A DNA stretch of 60,925 bases, filler included, from Asterionella formosa (lineage: Eukaryota): the NCBI GenBank assembly GCA_002256025.1. It is 17 parts of 17 records of this genome, joined end to end, with 100 filler letters (N's around TTAATTAATTAA, not from the genome) between each part and the next. Parts side by side here need not be neighbours in the genome. Positions count along the whole stretch, not along the records: positions 57,450 to 60,925 come from NKIB01014120.1; 16 more parts are not named here. One strand, written 5' to 3'. Position 1 is the first letter of the stretch; each line of letters starts with the position of its first letter. Made by a program: the position numbers and the translations under genes. Positions 60,810 to 60,925 of this stretch are shown piece by piece. Below the pieces are notes generated by a model. The model had not been told where the DNA came from. It did not search any database and saw nothing but the letters and a program-made list of their open reading frames with translations.

Positions 60810-60925
60810 AATCATTAAGCTTAAAATTTCTACTTTAAGCAAACACAAATTAAGTAAACCAACTTTAAGCAAGCAGCTTTAAGGAAAACTGAGTTTAAGT
60901 AAAACAGTATAACTTTAAGCAAAAC
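60810..60925. repeat. Short degenerate (ACT)TTAAGCAAA repeats at the fragment end
   Basis: Several imperfect copies; possibly subterminal repeats of a DNA transposon. Confidence 0.5.

Overview
This window is not one contiguous locus. It is 17 unrelated fragments of about 3.48-3.50 kb each, roughly size-sorted and joined by an artificial 100-nt linker (44 N + TTAATTAATTAA + 44 N). Neighbourhoods are therefore only meaningful within a fragment. The content points to a photosynthetic eukaryote, most likely a diatom: short GT-AG introns, a diatom-type PGRL1, CoDi-like copia, an Ambal-like LINE and diatom-type LRR proteins. Host genes: TFIIF beta, TRM1, SQT1/AAMP, RRP17/NOL12, a sulfotransferase, a three-exon secreted beta-propeller with a probable GPI tail, a Tubby/LURP-like protein, an LRR protein and a broken MDR oxidoreductase. 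Most other sequence is decayed mobile DNA: Ty1/copia, Ty3/gypsy, LINE, Plavaka (CMC-type) transposase pieces and MITEs. Best candidate for something new: a Plavaka-associated element family whose non-coding blocks recur in three fragments and which in one copy flanks a captured, stop-interrupted PGRL1 fragment (a 'Pack-Plavaka'). Second candidate: a dispersed tRNA-headed, SINE-like repeat. All family calls come from motif recognition by eye; no searches were run.
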